Origin: an uncultured Pelagibacteraceae bacterium
Lineage (GTDB): Bacteria > Pseudomonadota > Alphaproteobacteria > Pelagibacterales > Pelagibacteraceae
NCBI GenBank assembly: GCA_902630665.1
Contig: CACOVP010000001.1
Location: 31,225 to 95,224, forward strand
Reading direction: 5' to 3'
Length of the DNA: 64,000 bases
Positions 9,930 to 18,932 of the stretch are shown here, piece by piece. Each line of letters begins with the position of its first letter. Within the stretch, counting starts at the first letter, position 1. The notes under the pieces were generated by a model that was given only the letters and a program-made list of their open reading frames with translations, did not search any database and was not told the origin of the DNA. Both the position numbers and the translations under genes were made by a program.

Positions 9930-10301
9930 TTAATATAATGTTTGAATTACTTTTTTTACTCTTTCAGCTCCATTAGGAACTAAAGCTTCGACGAAAGAGT
10001 GACACTTTTCAGTTTTGGCCTTGTTGTATTTTGAGCCATAATGCTTATCTACCGCTTTATTAACTGCTTCATCCCATTTTTTTTCTGGTATTCCTGTTTC
10101 AAGAGCATAAGTTTTTAAAACCTTTACAGTTGAGATGGATTTTTCTTTCATGCCGTATTCAAATTTTTCTCCTGAAGGTAGAAAGTAATTAGCCATGTAA
10201 ATTCCAACACAATCCAATGCTTTTGATTTGTCTTTATCACTCATACCTGCATTAGCAGAGGTGAAGATAAAGAAAGATACTAATAGTATAATTTTTTTCA
10301 T
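9930..10301 (-). CDS. Exported hypothetical protein
   Basis: Signal peptide ending ANA; two Cys, possibly one disulfide. Confidence 0.7.
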   Translation of the reverse strand: MKKIILLVSFFIFTSANAGMSDKDKSKALDCVGIYMANYFLPSGEKFEYGMKEKSISTVKVLKTYALETGIPEKKWDEAVNKAVDKHYGSKYNKAKTEKCHSFVEALVPNGAERVKKVIQTLY

Positions 10302-10324
10302 AACTTAGTTTATTTAAATTATTG

Positions 10325-10374
10325 ATAGATTGTCTATGTTAAAATATTATTGCAGGTATGCAAATTGTCTACAA
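10325..10374 (-). promoter_or_regulatory. Putative promoter/operator of the small-protein operon
   Basis: Minus-strand TAGACA-16nt-TAATAT; palindromes TTGTCTACAA (10365-10374), TTGCA-ggta-TGCAA and ATAGA-ttg-TCTAT. Confidence 0.4.
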
Positions 10375-10386
10375 CTTGAAGATGAT

Positions 10387-11145
10387 TTATTTCCAATTAG
10401 GCTTTGTTTTATTAAGAAAACTTTTTATTCCAATTTTTTTATTATCGCTATCTAACAATTTATAAAATTCTTGTCTCTCTTTTTTAAGCAATCTTTTTAA
10501 ATTTTCTTCTGCGTTTACTAAATTTTTAATTATTTTTAATGACCTTTTTGGCTTTGAAGAAATTTTGTTCAGAAAATTTATTATAAACTCTTTAAAATTT
10601 TCTTTAGGAATAATTTGTGAAACTATCCCGTATTTCATTGCAGTTTCAGCATCAATAATGTCTCCTGACATTGCCAAATATTTTATATTTTGATTTGAGG
10701 TAAAGTTTTTTGTTTTTTGTGTTCCACCAATACCCGGAATTAATCCTAAATTGATTTCAGGTAAACCAAATTTCGCCTGAGAACTTGCGATTATTAAATC
10801 GCTTGAAAGTGCAAGCTCAAAACCACCACCTAAAGCATAGCCCTCAACAAATGAAATAATAGGGATATCGATGTTTTGTAAATCATCGACTTTAGAAAAA
10901 AGCTTTTGTTTTTTTGCTTTTTTTGAATCTAGTTTTTCAAGTTCTTTAATATCCGCCCCGGGTGAAAAAAACTTTGCGCCTCCAATTAAACCAATACATC
11001 TGATTTCTTTTAATTTATTCAAGTATTTGGTTGCGTCACCAATTTCATTTAGGGTTTTGTGATCTAAACTATTATTTTTATTGTTAGCAATTTCGATAAT
11101 TGCGTAATTTTCTCGCTTTTCTACTTTAATATTTTTATAGTTCAT
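10387..11145 (-). CDS. Enoyl-CoA hydratase/isomerase
   Basis: FSPGADI, GYALGGGFELAL, FGLPEINLGLIPGIGGT. Confidence 0.92.
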   Translation of the reverse strand: MNYKNIKVEKRENYAIIEIANNKNNSLDHKTLNEIGDATKYLNKLKEIRCIGLIGGAKFFSPGADIKELEKLDSKKAKKQKLFSKVDDLQNIDIPIISFVEGYALGGGFELALSSDLIIASSQAKFGLPEINLGLIPGIGGTQKTKNFTSNQNIKYLAMSGDIIDAETAMKYGIVSQIIPKENFKEFIINFLNKISSKPKRSLKIIKNLVNAEENLKRLLKKERQEFYKLLDSDNKKIGIKSFLNKTKPNWK

Positions 11146-11170
11146 TATTTAATAGAATATAAATTTCATT

Positions 11171-11743
11171 ATGACAGAGCAACTAATTATATTTATTGAG
11201 ATCATATTAATTGATTTAGTTTTAGCAGGTGATAATGCAATTATTATTGGGATGGTTGCTTCAAAATTTCCTGCTGAAAATAGAAAAAAGATTATTTTTT
11301 GGGGGATATCTGGGGCTGTCATTCTAAGAATAATTTTAACGCTTTTCACTGCATATTTACTTCAAATAAATGGTCTAAGACTTATAGGTGGAATTTTACT
11401 ATTATATATTGTTTATAAACTTTATAGAGATGTAATAGGTGAAAAAAATAAAGCTCAAAAATTTCAGGCAAAAAAGTTAAGTTTTTATAACGCCATTTGG
11501 ACAATTTTATTAGCTGACTTTACTATGAGTTTGGATAATGTTCTTGGAGTTGCTGGTGCCGCTGGCACCCACTATCATCTTTTGATCTTTGGATTAATAC
11601 TTTCTATCGTCCTAATGGCAGTTGCTGCTAATTTGATCTCTAGTTGGATAAAAAAATACAAGTGGATAGCTTGGTTAGGGTTGATTGCAATTTTAGCTGT
11701 TGCTATTGATTTAATTTATACGGATATAAAGATTTTTATTTAA
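11171..11743 (+). CDS. TerC/YjbE-family membrane protein
   Basis: IDLVLAGDNA and ADFTMSLDNV motifs. Confidence 0.9.
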   Translation: MTEQLIIFIEIILIDLVLAGDNAIIIGMVASKFPAENRKKIIFWGISGAVILRIILTLFTAYLLQINGLRLIGGILLLYIVYKLYRDVIGEKNKAQKFQAKKLSFYNAIWTILLADFTMSLDNVLGVAGAAGTHYHLLIFGLILSIVLMAVAANLISSWIKKYKWIAWLGLIAILAVAIDLIYTDIKIFI

Positions 11744-12733
11744 ATGATAAAAAAAATTATTTTTTTTAATCTTATTATTATTATTTTTTTTATTTCGGCT
11801 GGTGAAATAATCTTGCGAACTTTTAAATTGTCTCAACTTATGGGTAGCGACTCTAATATTTTGACTTTCAAAGATGGTATTCATTCGCTTACTCCAAATT
11901 CTTCCGGTCTTGTCTTTTCACAAAAAGTTTTTATTGATGAAAATCAAACTAGAGTGCCCTCTTTTAAATTTAAATATGATAAAAGCAAAGATATTATTAT
12001 TATAGGAGATAGTGTCACTTTTGGAAATGGGGTTAAAGAAGAAAATACTTTTGTAGGGCTTTTAAGAAAAAAATATGATTCTTACAATTTTTATAATACT
12101 GCTGTTCCAGGTCATGATTTATTGCATCATGAAGAAAATTTAGATAGCTTGTCTAGATTTGGTAAAGTTGAAAAAGTAATATATTTTTTTACCTTAAATG
12201 ATGTATTGAGAGATAAAACAATTGTACATTGGAATAATAGAAATCAGGAAAAGTTGTTAGAAGAATTAGGTTTTATCCAAAAAATTATAAGAAATAAGTT
12301 TTTTAGAGATATTAATTTTTATTTGAGAAATAAATCTTATATTTTTATGTTCCTAAAAGGCATATTAACAGATCCATCTAAAAGATGGTATGCCAATATA
12401 GATATTTTCTATAAAGAAAATGAAATAGATCATTTAGCGGGTTTCTTAAAAAAACTTATTAAATTTTCAAAAGAAAGAGATGCTGAGCTATATATGATCG
12501 TTTTGCCATATGAATTTCAAACTAGAGACTGCAAAAATAATGTTGAATATTTGCCTCAACAAAAAGTTAAAAAAGAAATTTCGAAAGTCAAAATTAATTT
12601 TGTTGATTTTTATAACGAATTTTGCAAATTTAAAAATCCGAAAAAACTATTTTATAAATATGACCCAATGCATTTATCTAAAAGCGGACATAAAAGTGTT
12701 TTAAAAATGATCGAACGTGAGATATCTTTTTAA
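11744..12733 (+). CDS. Membrane-anchored SGNH-like protein
   Basis: N-terminal TM, IIGDSVTFG, NTAVPG, LND, DPMHLSKSGH. Confidence 0.75.
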   Translation: MIKKIIFFNLIIIIFFISAGEIILRTFKLSQLMGSDSNILTFKDGIHSLTPNSSGLVFSQKVFIDENQTRVPSFKFKYDKSKDIIIIGDSVTFGNGVKEENTFVGLLRKKYDSYNFYNTAVPGHDLLHHEENLDSLSRFGKVEKVIYFFTLNDVLRDKTIVHWNNRNQEKLLEELGFIQKIIRNKFFRDINFYLRNKSYIFMFLKGILTDPSKRWYANIDIFYKENEIDHLAGFLKKLIKFSKERDAELYMIVLPYEFQTRDCKNNVEYLPQQKVKKEISKVKINFVDFYNEFCKFKNPKKLFYKYDPMHLSKSGHKSVLKMIEREISF

Positions 12734-13517
12734 TATAATTTTTTTATTTTGTTTAAGCGTAAGCAATTCTTTTTCCCTTGAATTTAAAGGTAAATTCGAA
12801 CAAGGGTCGTTTATTTTAGGAAAAACTAAACCGGAAGCTAAAGTTTTTATTGATAATAAAGAAATTAGGGTTTCAAAAGATGGTTTTTTTGCATTTGGGT
12901 TAGATAGAGATAGAAAAAATAACGTTTTAGTTAGGATTATTATTAATAAAGAAATAAAAGAATTAGAAAAAAAAGTTTTAAAAAGAGAATATAAGATTCA
13001 AAGAATTGATGGCTTACCTCCAAAACAAGTTACCCCGCCACCTGAGGTTTATGAGAAGATTAAAAAGGACAATTTTTTAATTGGAAAAGCTAGGAAAATT
13101 GATAGTGACATTGATTTTTTTAGAAATAAATTCATATACCCAATCGATAAATACATCATTACGGGTGTATATGGCAGCCAAAGAATACTTAACGGAAAAC
13201 CAAGAAGACCTCATTACGGAATAGATTTTCATGCACCAGAGGGAACTCCGGTAAAAGCAATGATGGATGGGAAAGTAACTCTATCTGAAAATGATATGTA
13301 CTTTACTGGAGGGACAATAATATTTGATCACGGACATGGTGTAAGTACCTTATATATGCACATGAAAGATATTTACGTTAAAAAAGGACAACAAATTAAA
13401 AAAGGAGAAATAGTTGGAACTCTTGGTCAAAGTGGTAGGGCCACAGGCCCCCATTTAGATATAAGACTAAATTGGTTTGATGTTAAATTAGATCCTTTAA
13501 CTATCCTTAAAAATTAA
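12717..13517 (+). CDS. M23 family metallopeptidase
   Basis: HYGID, DHGHG, YMH, RATGPHL zinc motifs; signal peptide. Confidence 0.9.
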   Translation: MRYLFNIIFLFCLSVSNSFSLEFKGKFEQGSFILGKTKPEAKVFIDNKEIRVSKDGFFAFGLDRDRKNNVLVRIIINKEIKELEKKVLKREYKIQRIDGLPPKQVTPPPEVYEKIKKDNFLIGKARKIDSDIDFFRNKFIYPIDKYIITGVYGSQRILNGKPRRPHYGIDFHAPEGTPVKAMMDGKVTLSENDMYFTGGTIIFDHGHGVSTLYMHMKDIYVKKGQQIKKGEIVGTLGQSGRATGPHLDIRLNWFDVKLDPLTILKN

Positions 13518-13528
13518 TTAAACTTTTC

Positions 13529-14575
13529 TCATAATTTCTTAATCATTTCGCTAAAAATATATTCTGAAATTTTCTTATTACCTGAAGGCCTGGTATGAAA
13601 TGCATCATATAAATCCACGTTTATTTCTAAAATTAAATCTTCATCGAGTTTAAAACAGCTAGCTCTTTCATTTACGCAAAATTGTTTTGTTTGTTTATTT
13701 ATAATCGACAAAGCAGTTTCTAGGTAATGGTTTTTGGGAACTCTTTGTGTAATAAAAATTGCTTCGGCTTCAAATCGATCTTTTGAATATTGTTTTAATT
13801 GAATTAATCTAGAATAATATTCTGTTAAAAAGGTTTTAATCTGTAAATTATTTGTATTTAACTCAATATCCTTTTTTTCATATGTGCTTTCCCATGTATC
13901 AGTGCCATGAATTAAACCATAATTTCTAGCAATTATATTACCAGTAATTATCTTATAAAGATTATAAAGCGCACTATTATTTTTTACATAACTTATAACC
14001 TTATCATACGAATGTTCCTCCATTAAATTATCTGCGATGCTAAAAGTTTTCTTAAACTTAGGATGTTTTTCTATTTCAACTAATAATAAAATTGCATCAT
14101 TGATCCCAAGATAAAAAATAACATATTTTGGTTTTAAATTTTGAATTTTATCAAACCATAATGAAAAATTTTTAACGTGACCTTTTGATGACTGCCCATC
14201 AACACCAGCGTTAGCGACTTTAAAAAATTTATCATTTAGGTGATTACTTAGTTTTTCTTGAAGAATATTTGACCAGGTAAGCTTCTCATCAATCCATCTT
14301 TCATCAGTAGTACTGCCCCCAACTGTAATTACTTTTATTTGTTTAATATCATCATAATCTCCACGAAATCCGTTAGAGTCTTTCTTGTACATCGCCTTAT
14401 GATCACTTTTATAATGCGAAGGTTCCCAGACTTTAGTAATATTTTTTTTAATTATTAAAGATGAAAAATTATTTTTTTTAAACCAACTTCCAAAAAATGA
14501 TTCAATTAAAATAATTCCAATAAATAATAATAAAAAATTAAAAAAAACTATTTTTAAAAAATTTTTTCTTTGCAT
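13529..14575 (-). CDS. SGNH/GDSL hydrolase-like protein (SxtL-like position)
   Basis: N-terminal TM, NGFRG, VGGSTT, NAGVDG, GIND, DAFH. Confidence 0.75.
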   Translation of the reverse strand: MQRKNFLKIVFFNFLLLFIGIILIESFFGSWFKKNNFSSLIIKKNITKVWEPSHYKSDHKAMYKKDSNGFRGDYDDIKQIKVITVGGSTTDERWIDEKLTWSNILQEKLSNHLNDKFFKVANAGVDGQSSKGHVKNFSLWFDKIQNLKPKYVIFYLGINDAILLLVEIEKHPKFKKTFSIADNLMEEHSYDKVISYVKNNSALYNLYKIITGNIIARNYGLIHGTDTWESTYEKKDIELNTNNLQIKTFLTEYYSRLIQLKQYSKDRFEAEAIFITQRVPKNHYLETALSIINKQTKQFCVNERASCFKLDEDLILEINVDLYDAFHTRPSGNKKISEYIFSEMIKKL

Positions 14576-14578
14576 TTT

Positions 14579-16414
14579 TTAATCAAGCTCAAACTTGTCT
14601 TTATAATCTTTTATTATAGATTTATCTTGATCGTTTTTATAAAGAAGAAAATTTTCTATCACTAAAATATCTAAATTCGTTCCCATAAAACAATTAAATG
14701 CGTCCGATATTGAGTTAACAATAGGTTCGCCACGTACATTGAAGGAAGTATTAACTAATACAGGACAATCCGTAATTTTTTTAAATTCTTTCAATAAATC
14801 ATAATATTTCTTATTTGTGTTTTCATGCACAGTTTGTATTCTAGCTGAATAATCGACATGAGTTATTGCTGGTATTGATGATCTTTTGATATTCAATTTT
14901 TCAATTCCAAAAAGTTTTTTATCTTTCTCTGACATTGAAATTTGTCTCTCTTTTTTTACTTCTGAAACTAAAAGCATATATGGGCTATCATAATCTAAAT
15001 CAAACCAATCTTTTAAATCCTCTCTTAATATAGATGGAGCGAAAGGACGAAAACTCTCTCTAAATTTTATCTTCAAGTTTAATTCTTTTTGCATTTTTTC
15101 TGATCTGGGGTCAGCTAAAATAGATCTCCCTCCAAGAGCTCTTGGCCCAAATTCCATTCTGCCTTGAAACCATCCTACAGTTTTATTATTGGATAACTCT
15201 TTTGCCACTTCTTTTGAAATTTCATCTGGAGTTTTTTTGCTATATTTTGCATTAAGACTATTTAATTGCTGTTCAATATCTTCATCATTAAATTTCGGTC
15301 CAAGATAGGCTCCTTTCATACGGTCGTAATATTGATCTCTTGGCATGTTTAACTCGTGATACCAATAAGCTAAAGCAGCACCCAAAGATCCTCCGGCATC
15401 CCCGGCAGCTGGTTGTATCCATAAGTTTTCAAATATTTTTTCTTTTAAAATCTTTCCATTGGCTACACAGTTCAAAGCAACACCTCCAGCTAAACATAAG
15501 TTATTTATATTAAATTTATTTTGCAAATCCTTGACTAGTTTAATAACTATTTCTTCAGTCACTGCTTGAATTGATGAAGCCATATCCATATGGAAATCTG
15601 TAAGTAAATCCTTTTTTGGATCTCTTACTGGTTGCCCAAATAAATCAGAAAATTTTTTATTTGTCATTGTAAGACCGGTCGCATAATTAAAATACTTCAT
15701 ATTTAATTTAAAAGATCCATCATCTTTTAAATCTAATAAGTTTTTTAAAATTTTATCTTTATATTTTGGCTCTCCATAAGGAGCTAAACCCATAACTTTA
15801 TACTCACCACTGTTTACTTTGAAACCGGTATAATAAGTAAAAGCAGAGTAAAGAAGACCGATAGAATGAGGAAAATGAATCTCTTTTATCATTTCAAGTT
15901 TGTTTTCTTTACCAATAGCAACAGTCGTAGTCGCCCACTCACCAACTCCATCTAAAGTTAAAATTATTGCTTCTTTAAATGGAGAAGGATAAAAGGCACT
16001 TGCAGCATGGCTGTAATGGTGTTCAGAAAATTTTATTTTTTTAATATCACTAAAATTTTTATCCTGGCTTTTTAATTTTTCAAATAAAAATTTTTTTTGA
16101 AATAATTTTTCTCTTAACCAAATAGGCATTGAGAGGCTAAAGGATTTAAATCCTTTTGGTGCAAAAGCCATGTAAGTTTCTAACAATCTTTCAAATTTTA
16201 GAAAAGGTTTCTCAAAAAAAACAATATGATTTACTTCGCTTAGTTTTAAGTTTGCCTCATTTAATACATAATTGACGGCATTGGCAGGATAGCTTGGATC
16301 GTGTTTTATTCTTGTAAATCTTTCTTCTTGGGCCGCAGCTATTATTTCACCGTCTTTTATTAGTGCTGCTGCACTATCATGATAAAAAGCTGATATACCT
16401 AAAATAGATGTCAC
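14579..16414 (-). CDS. O-carbamoyltransferase (NodU/CmcH/SxtI family)
   Basis: GISAFYHDSAA, QEERF, EHHYSHAASAF, DGVGE, EYKVMGLAPYG, GGVALNC, MEFGPRALG, NTSFNVRGEP; GTG start. Confidence 0.95.
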   Translation of the reverse strand: MTSILGISAFYHDSAAALIKDGEIIAAAQEERFTRIKHDPSYPANAVNYVLNEANLKLSEVNHIVFFEKPFLKFERLLETYMAFAPKGFKSFSLSMPIWLREKLFQKKFLFEKLKSQDKNFSDIKKIKFSEHHYSHAASAFYPSPFKEAIILTLDGVGEWATTTVAIGKENKLEMIKEIHFPHSIGLLYSAFTYYTGFKVNSGEYKVMGLAPYGEPKYKDKILKNLLDLKDDGSFKLNMKYFNYATGLTMTNKKFSDLFGQPVRDPKKDLLTDFHMDMASSIQAVTEEIVIKLVKDLQNKFNINNLCLAGGVALNCVANGKILKEKIFENLWIQPAAGDAGGSLGAALAYWYHELNMPRDQYYDRMKGAYLGPKFNDEDIEQQLNSLNAKYSKKTPDEISKEVAKELSNNKTVGWFQGRMEFGPRALGGRSILADPRSEKMQKELNLKIKFRESFRPFAPSILREDLKDWFDLDYDSPYMLLVSEVKKERQISMSEKDKKLFGIEKLNIKRSSIPAITHVDYSARIQTVHENTNKKYYDLLKEFKKITDCPVLVNTSFNVRGEPIVNSISDAFNCFMGTNLDILVIENFLLYKNDQDKSIIKDYKDKFELD

Positions 16415-16567
16415 CTAAAATATAGTATAAATAAATGGAGCTACGGCAGAACCTTGGCTTAAAACAATTAAGGCTCCAAACAAAGCTAAAACAATTATAA
16501 TTGGTAGCAACCAATATTTTTTCCTCTCTTTTAAAAATTCCCAGAATTCTTTTAAAAAATCAATCAT
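16415..16567 (-). CDS. DUF5989/SxtK-like 50-aa membrane peptide
   Basis: Below the ORF-track cutoff. Manual translation MIDFLKEFWEFLKERKKYWLLPIIIVLALFGALIVLSQGSAVAPFIYTIF; abuts both neighbouring genes exactly. Confidence 0.85.
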   Translation of the reverse strand: MIDFLKEFWEFLKERKKYWLLPIIIVLALFGALIVLSQGSAVAPFIYTIF

Positions 16568-16948
16568 TTAAAATTGCTTATCCATAGTTCCAATTTTTTT
16601 TTTTCTTTTTATCCAGTATGAATTTAAATTTTTTGAGTACTTTAGGCCCAATAAATCTTTTCCAAATATTCTTACTAAAAGACTAATAGGTGTTAAAATT
16701 ATGAAATAAACTACACCCATGACTATTGGTGCGATAATTTTCCCAAGCAATTCCCCGAATTTGATCCAAAGATTATTTAAAGGTGTCAAAATTTTTGAGT
16801 TTAAAATTCCTAAAATTAAAAAAATAATTGAAATGATAATTAAGTATAAATTTATCTCATTGTTTGAAATCAAAGGCCATAATCCTATTGCTAAAAAAAC
16901 AATAAAAAAAAGAATTCCAAAACTTCTGTTTGATGATTTGTTGTGCAT
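16568..16948 (-). CDS. SxtJ-family membrane protein
   Basis: Likely start MHNKSSNRSFG at 16948; PLNNLWIKFG..LG, YFIILTP..L..RIFGKD.L, SYWIKR, KQF C-terminus. Confidence 0.85.
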   Translation of the reverse strand: MHNKSSNRSFGILFFIVFLAIGLWPLISNNEINLYLIIISIIFLILGILNSKILTPLNNLWIKFGELLGKIIAPIVMGVVYFIILTPISLLVRIFGKDLLGLKYSKNLNSYWIKRKKKIGTMDKQF

Positions 16949-17036
16949 AATTTGTAAATTACCTATTAACTTTATGCTTAATATCACTTTAATTAGTTTT
17001 ATGTAAAGTATAATAAGATTAAGATATGCTTTTTGT

Positions 17037-17792
17037 ATGGAGTTTTTGGAAACTATAAATCTCAGTGCATCAAATTTTCTATTTTTTTGTATTGTGATAC
17101 TCTTAGCCTCATTTGTAAGAGGTTTTAGTGGCTTTGGTTTTTCAGCATCTAGTATATCTTTACTTTCATTTATACTTCCTCCAAAGGAAATAGTACCAAT
17201 TATTCTAACGTTAGAAATAATAGCAAGTTTTTTTATGATACCAAGCATTTGGAATAAAATTAATTGGAGATTTGTTATTTTTCTATTATTTGGTGTAACG
17301 ATTGGAACTCCTATCGGTGTAAAATTATTATCTATTTTGGAAACAAAAATTATGCATTTGATTATTTCTTTAACTGTAATGATTTTTGCTTTTTTATTGT
17401 TAAAGGGATACAAAAATAAAAAGATAAATCATAATCTTTCTAAATTTTTTGTTGGAACAATTGCAGGAACAGTGAATGGTTTTGGAACTTTAGCAGGTTT
17501 GCCTATTGCGCTTTATTTTTTGATTATCGCTGCAGAACCTGCTGTAATTAGAGCTTCATTAGCTGCACTATTTTTCTTCACTGATTTATATGCGATAATT
17601 TTATCTTATTTCAATAATATTTTAGAGTTAAAGGTTATTTATAGAACGTTACCTTTAATATTTATAGTGCCTTTGGGTGTTTCCTTAGGTACAAAATTAT
17701 TTAAAGGAAGTTCAAAAGAAAGTTACAAAAAATATGTATTATATTTTTTAATTATAGTATCTATTTTTGGATTAATTAGATCAATTTTTTAA
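17037..17792 (+). CDS. TauE/SafE (TSUP) family exporter
   Basis: ASFVRGFSGFGF; multiple TM segments; repeated Gly-rich motif. Confidence 0.85.
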   Translation: MEFLETINLSASNFLFFCIVILLASFVRGFSGFGFSASSISLLSFILPPKEIVPIILTLEIIASFFMIPSIWNKINWRFVIFLLFGVTIGTPIGVKLLSILETKIMHLIISLTVMIFAFLLLKGYKNKKINHNLSKFFVGTIAGTVNGFGTLAGLPIALYFLIIAAEPAVIRASLAALFFFTDLYAIILSYFNNILELKVIYRTLPLIFIVPLGVSLGTKLFKGSSKESYKKYVLYFLIIVSIFGLIRSIF

Positions 17793-18881
17793 TTTAGGTT
17801 TTTTAATTAAAATTTTATCTTTATATTTACTTAATAATTGTCGTAATGTTGCGCCTATAATTCCCAAAACTATAGCAAGCATTATTGCGAGTGAACCGTA
17901 TAGTAAAGGACTTTGATCTGAAAGCATTATTATAAATTTTGAAAAAGGATTTATATTTTCTAAATTAACAATCTCTACTTGTTTAACTTGACGTACACCT
18001 TCATAAAAAAAAGTATCATAAGCAATTGCTATTGCAACACAACATAGCAACATGGCAAATAAAGTTTTTAAATGAGAGCTATCAAGATATTGACCTACTT
18101 TTTGACCGACTTGAACACCAATAATAGATCCAGCAATTAAAATAATCACAAGAATTAAATCTATCGATCCATAATTGAAAGCATGTAAAACAGTAACGAT
18201 TGCACTTATAAACACTGTAACGAACAGAGAGGTCCCCGGAATTAATTTTATTGGCATTCCAATTAAATAAATCATTGCAGGTACCATCAAAAAAGCACCC
18301 CCGACTCCAATCAATGCAGCAACAAAACCGGCAAGTATACCTAAAATTATTGGAGTAAAAATACTTTCATATAATCTTGATTTTGGAAATCTTAATTTAA
18401 ATGGTAGGCCATGTATCCAATAATGAGTATGTAGTTTTTGCTTTAAAATAATTTTTCTTCTAGCTCTTTCTATTTCACTAGCTCCTTGTATTAACATAAG
18501 AGTGCCAATAATTGCCAATAAGTACATATAGGACAATGAAATAATTAAACTAAGTTTTCCAGTTTCTTTAAAAAAAGTAAAAGCAGAAACTCCTAAAATC
18601 GTGCCAACTAAGCCTCCGATAATAATCATTAATCCCATTTTGTAATCTAGTGTATTTTTAAACCAATGAGTAAGTGATCCAGAAACTGATGTCGCTAAAA
18701 TATTGTTTATTTCATTGGGCACTGCATAAACAGGAGGTATTCCTAAAAAAATTAAAAAAGGAGTCATTAAAAATCCTCCTCCAACTCCAAAAAGGCCAGA
18801 TAAAACTCCCACACCAAAACTTAAAAATAAAATAAAAATGACGTCGATATTAACTTGAACAATAGGAAGATATATTTCCAT
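17781..18881 (-). CDS. TauE/SafE (TSUP) family exporter
   Basis: MEIYLPI, SGLFGVGGGFLMTP, HYWIHGLPFKLRF, IGVGGAFLMVP. Confidence 0.88.
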   Translation of the reverse strand: MEIYLPIVQVNIDVIFILFLSFGVGVLSGLFGVGGGFLMTPFLIFLGIPPVYAVPNEINNILATSVSGSLTHWFKNTLDYKMGLMIIIGGLVGTILGVSAFTFFKETGKLSLIISLSYMYLLAIIGTLMLIQGASEIERARRKIILKQKLHTHYWIHGLPFKLRFPKSRLYESIFTPIILGILAGFVAALIGVGGAFLMVPAMIYLIGMPIKLIPGTSLFVTVFISAIVTVLHAFNYGSIDLILVIILIAGSIIGVQVGQKVGQYLDSSHLKTLFAMLLCCVAIAIAYDTFFYEGVRQVKQVEIVNLENINPFSKFIIMLSDQSPLLYGSLAIMLAIVLGIIGATLRQLLSKYKDKILIKKPKLKN

Positions 18882-18932
18882 ACCTAAACAATAGGTATTC
18901 CTCTAAAAAATGTTTGTCAATAAACAGTTTAA

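Noticed and set aside
13529-16948. Saxitoxin biosynthesis cluster
   Set aside because: Only sxtI/J/K/L-like genes are present; no sxtA, sxtG, sxtB or other core genes.
16949-17413. N-terminal extension of the 281-aa ORF 16568..17413
   Set aside because: It is the antisense shadow of the TauE gene; SxtJ similarity begins only at 16948.
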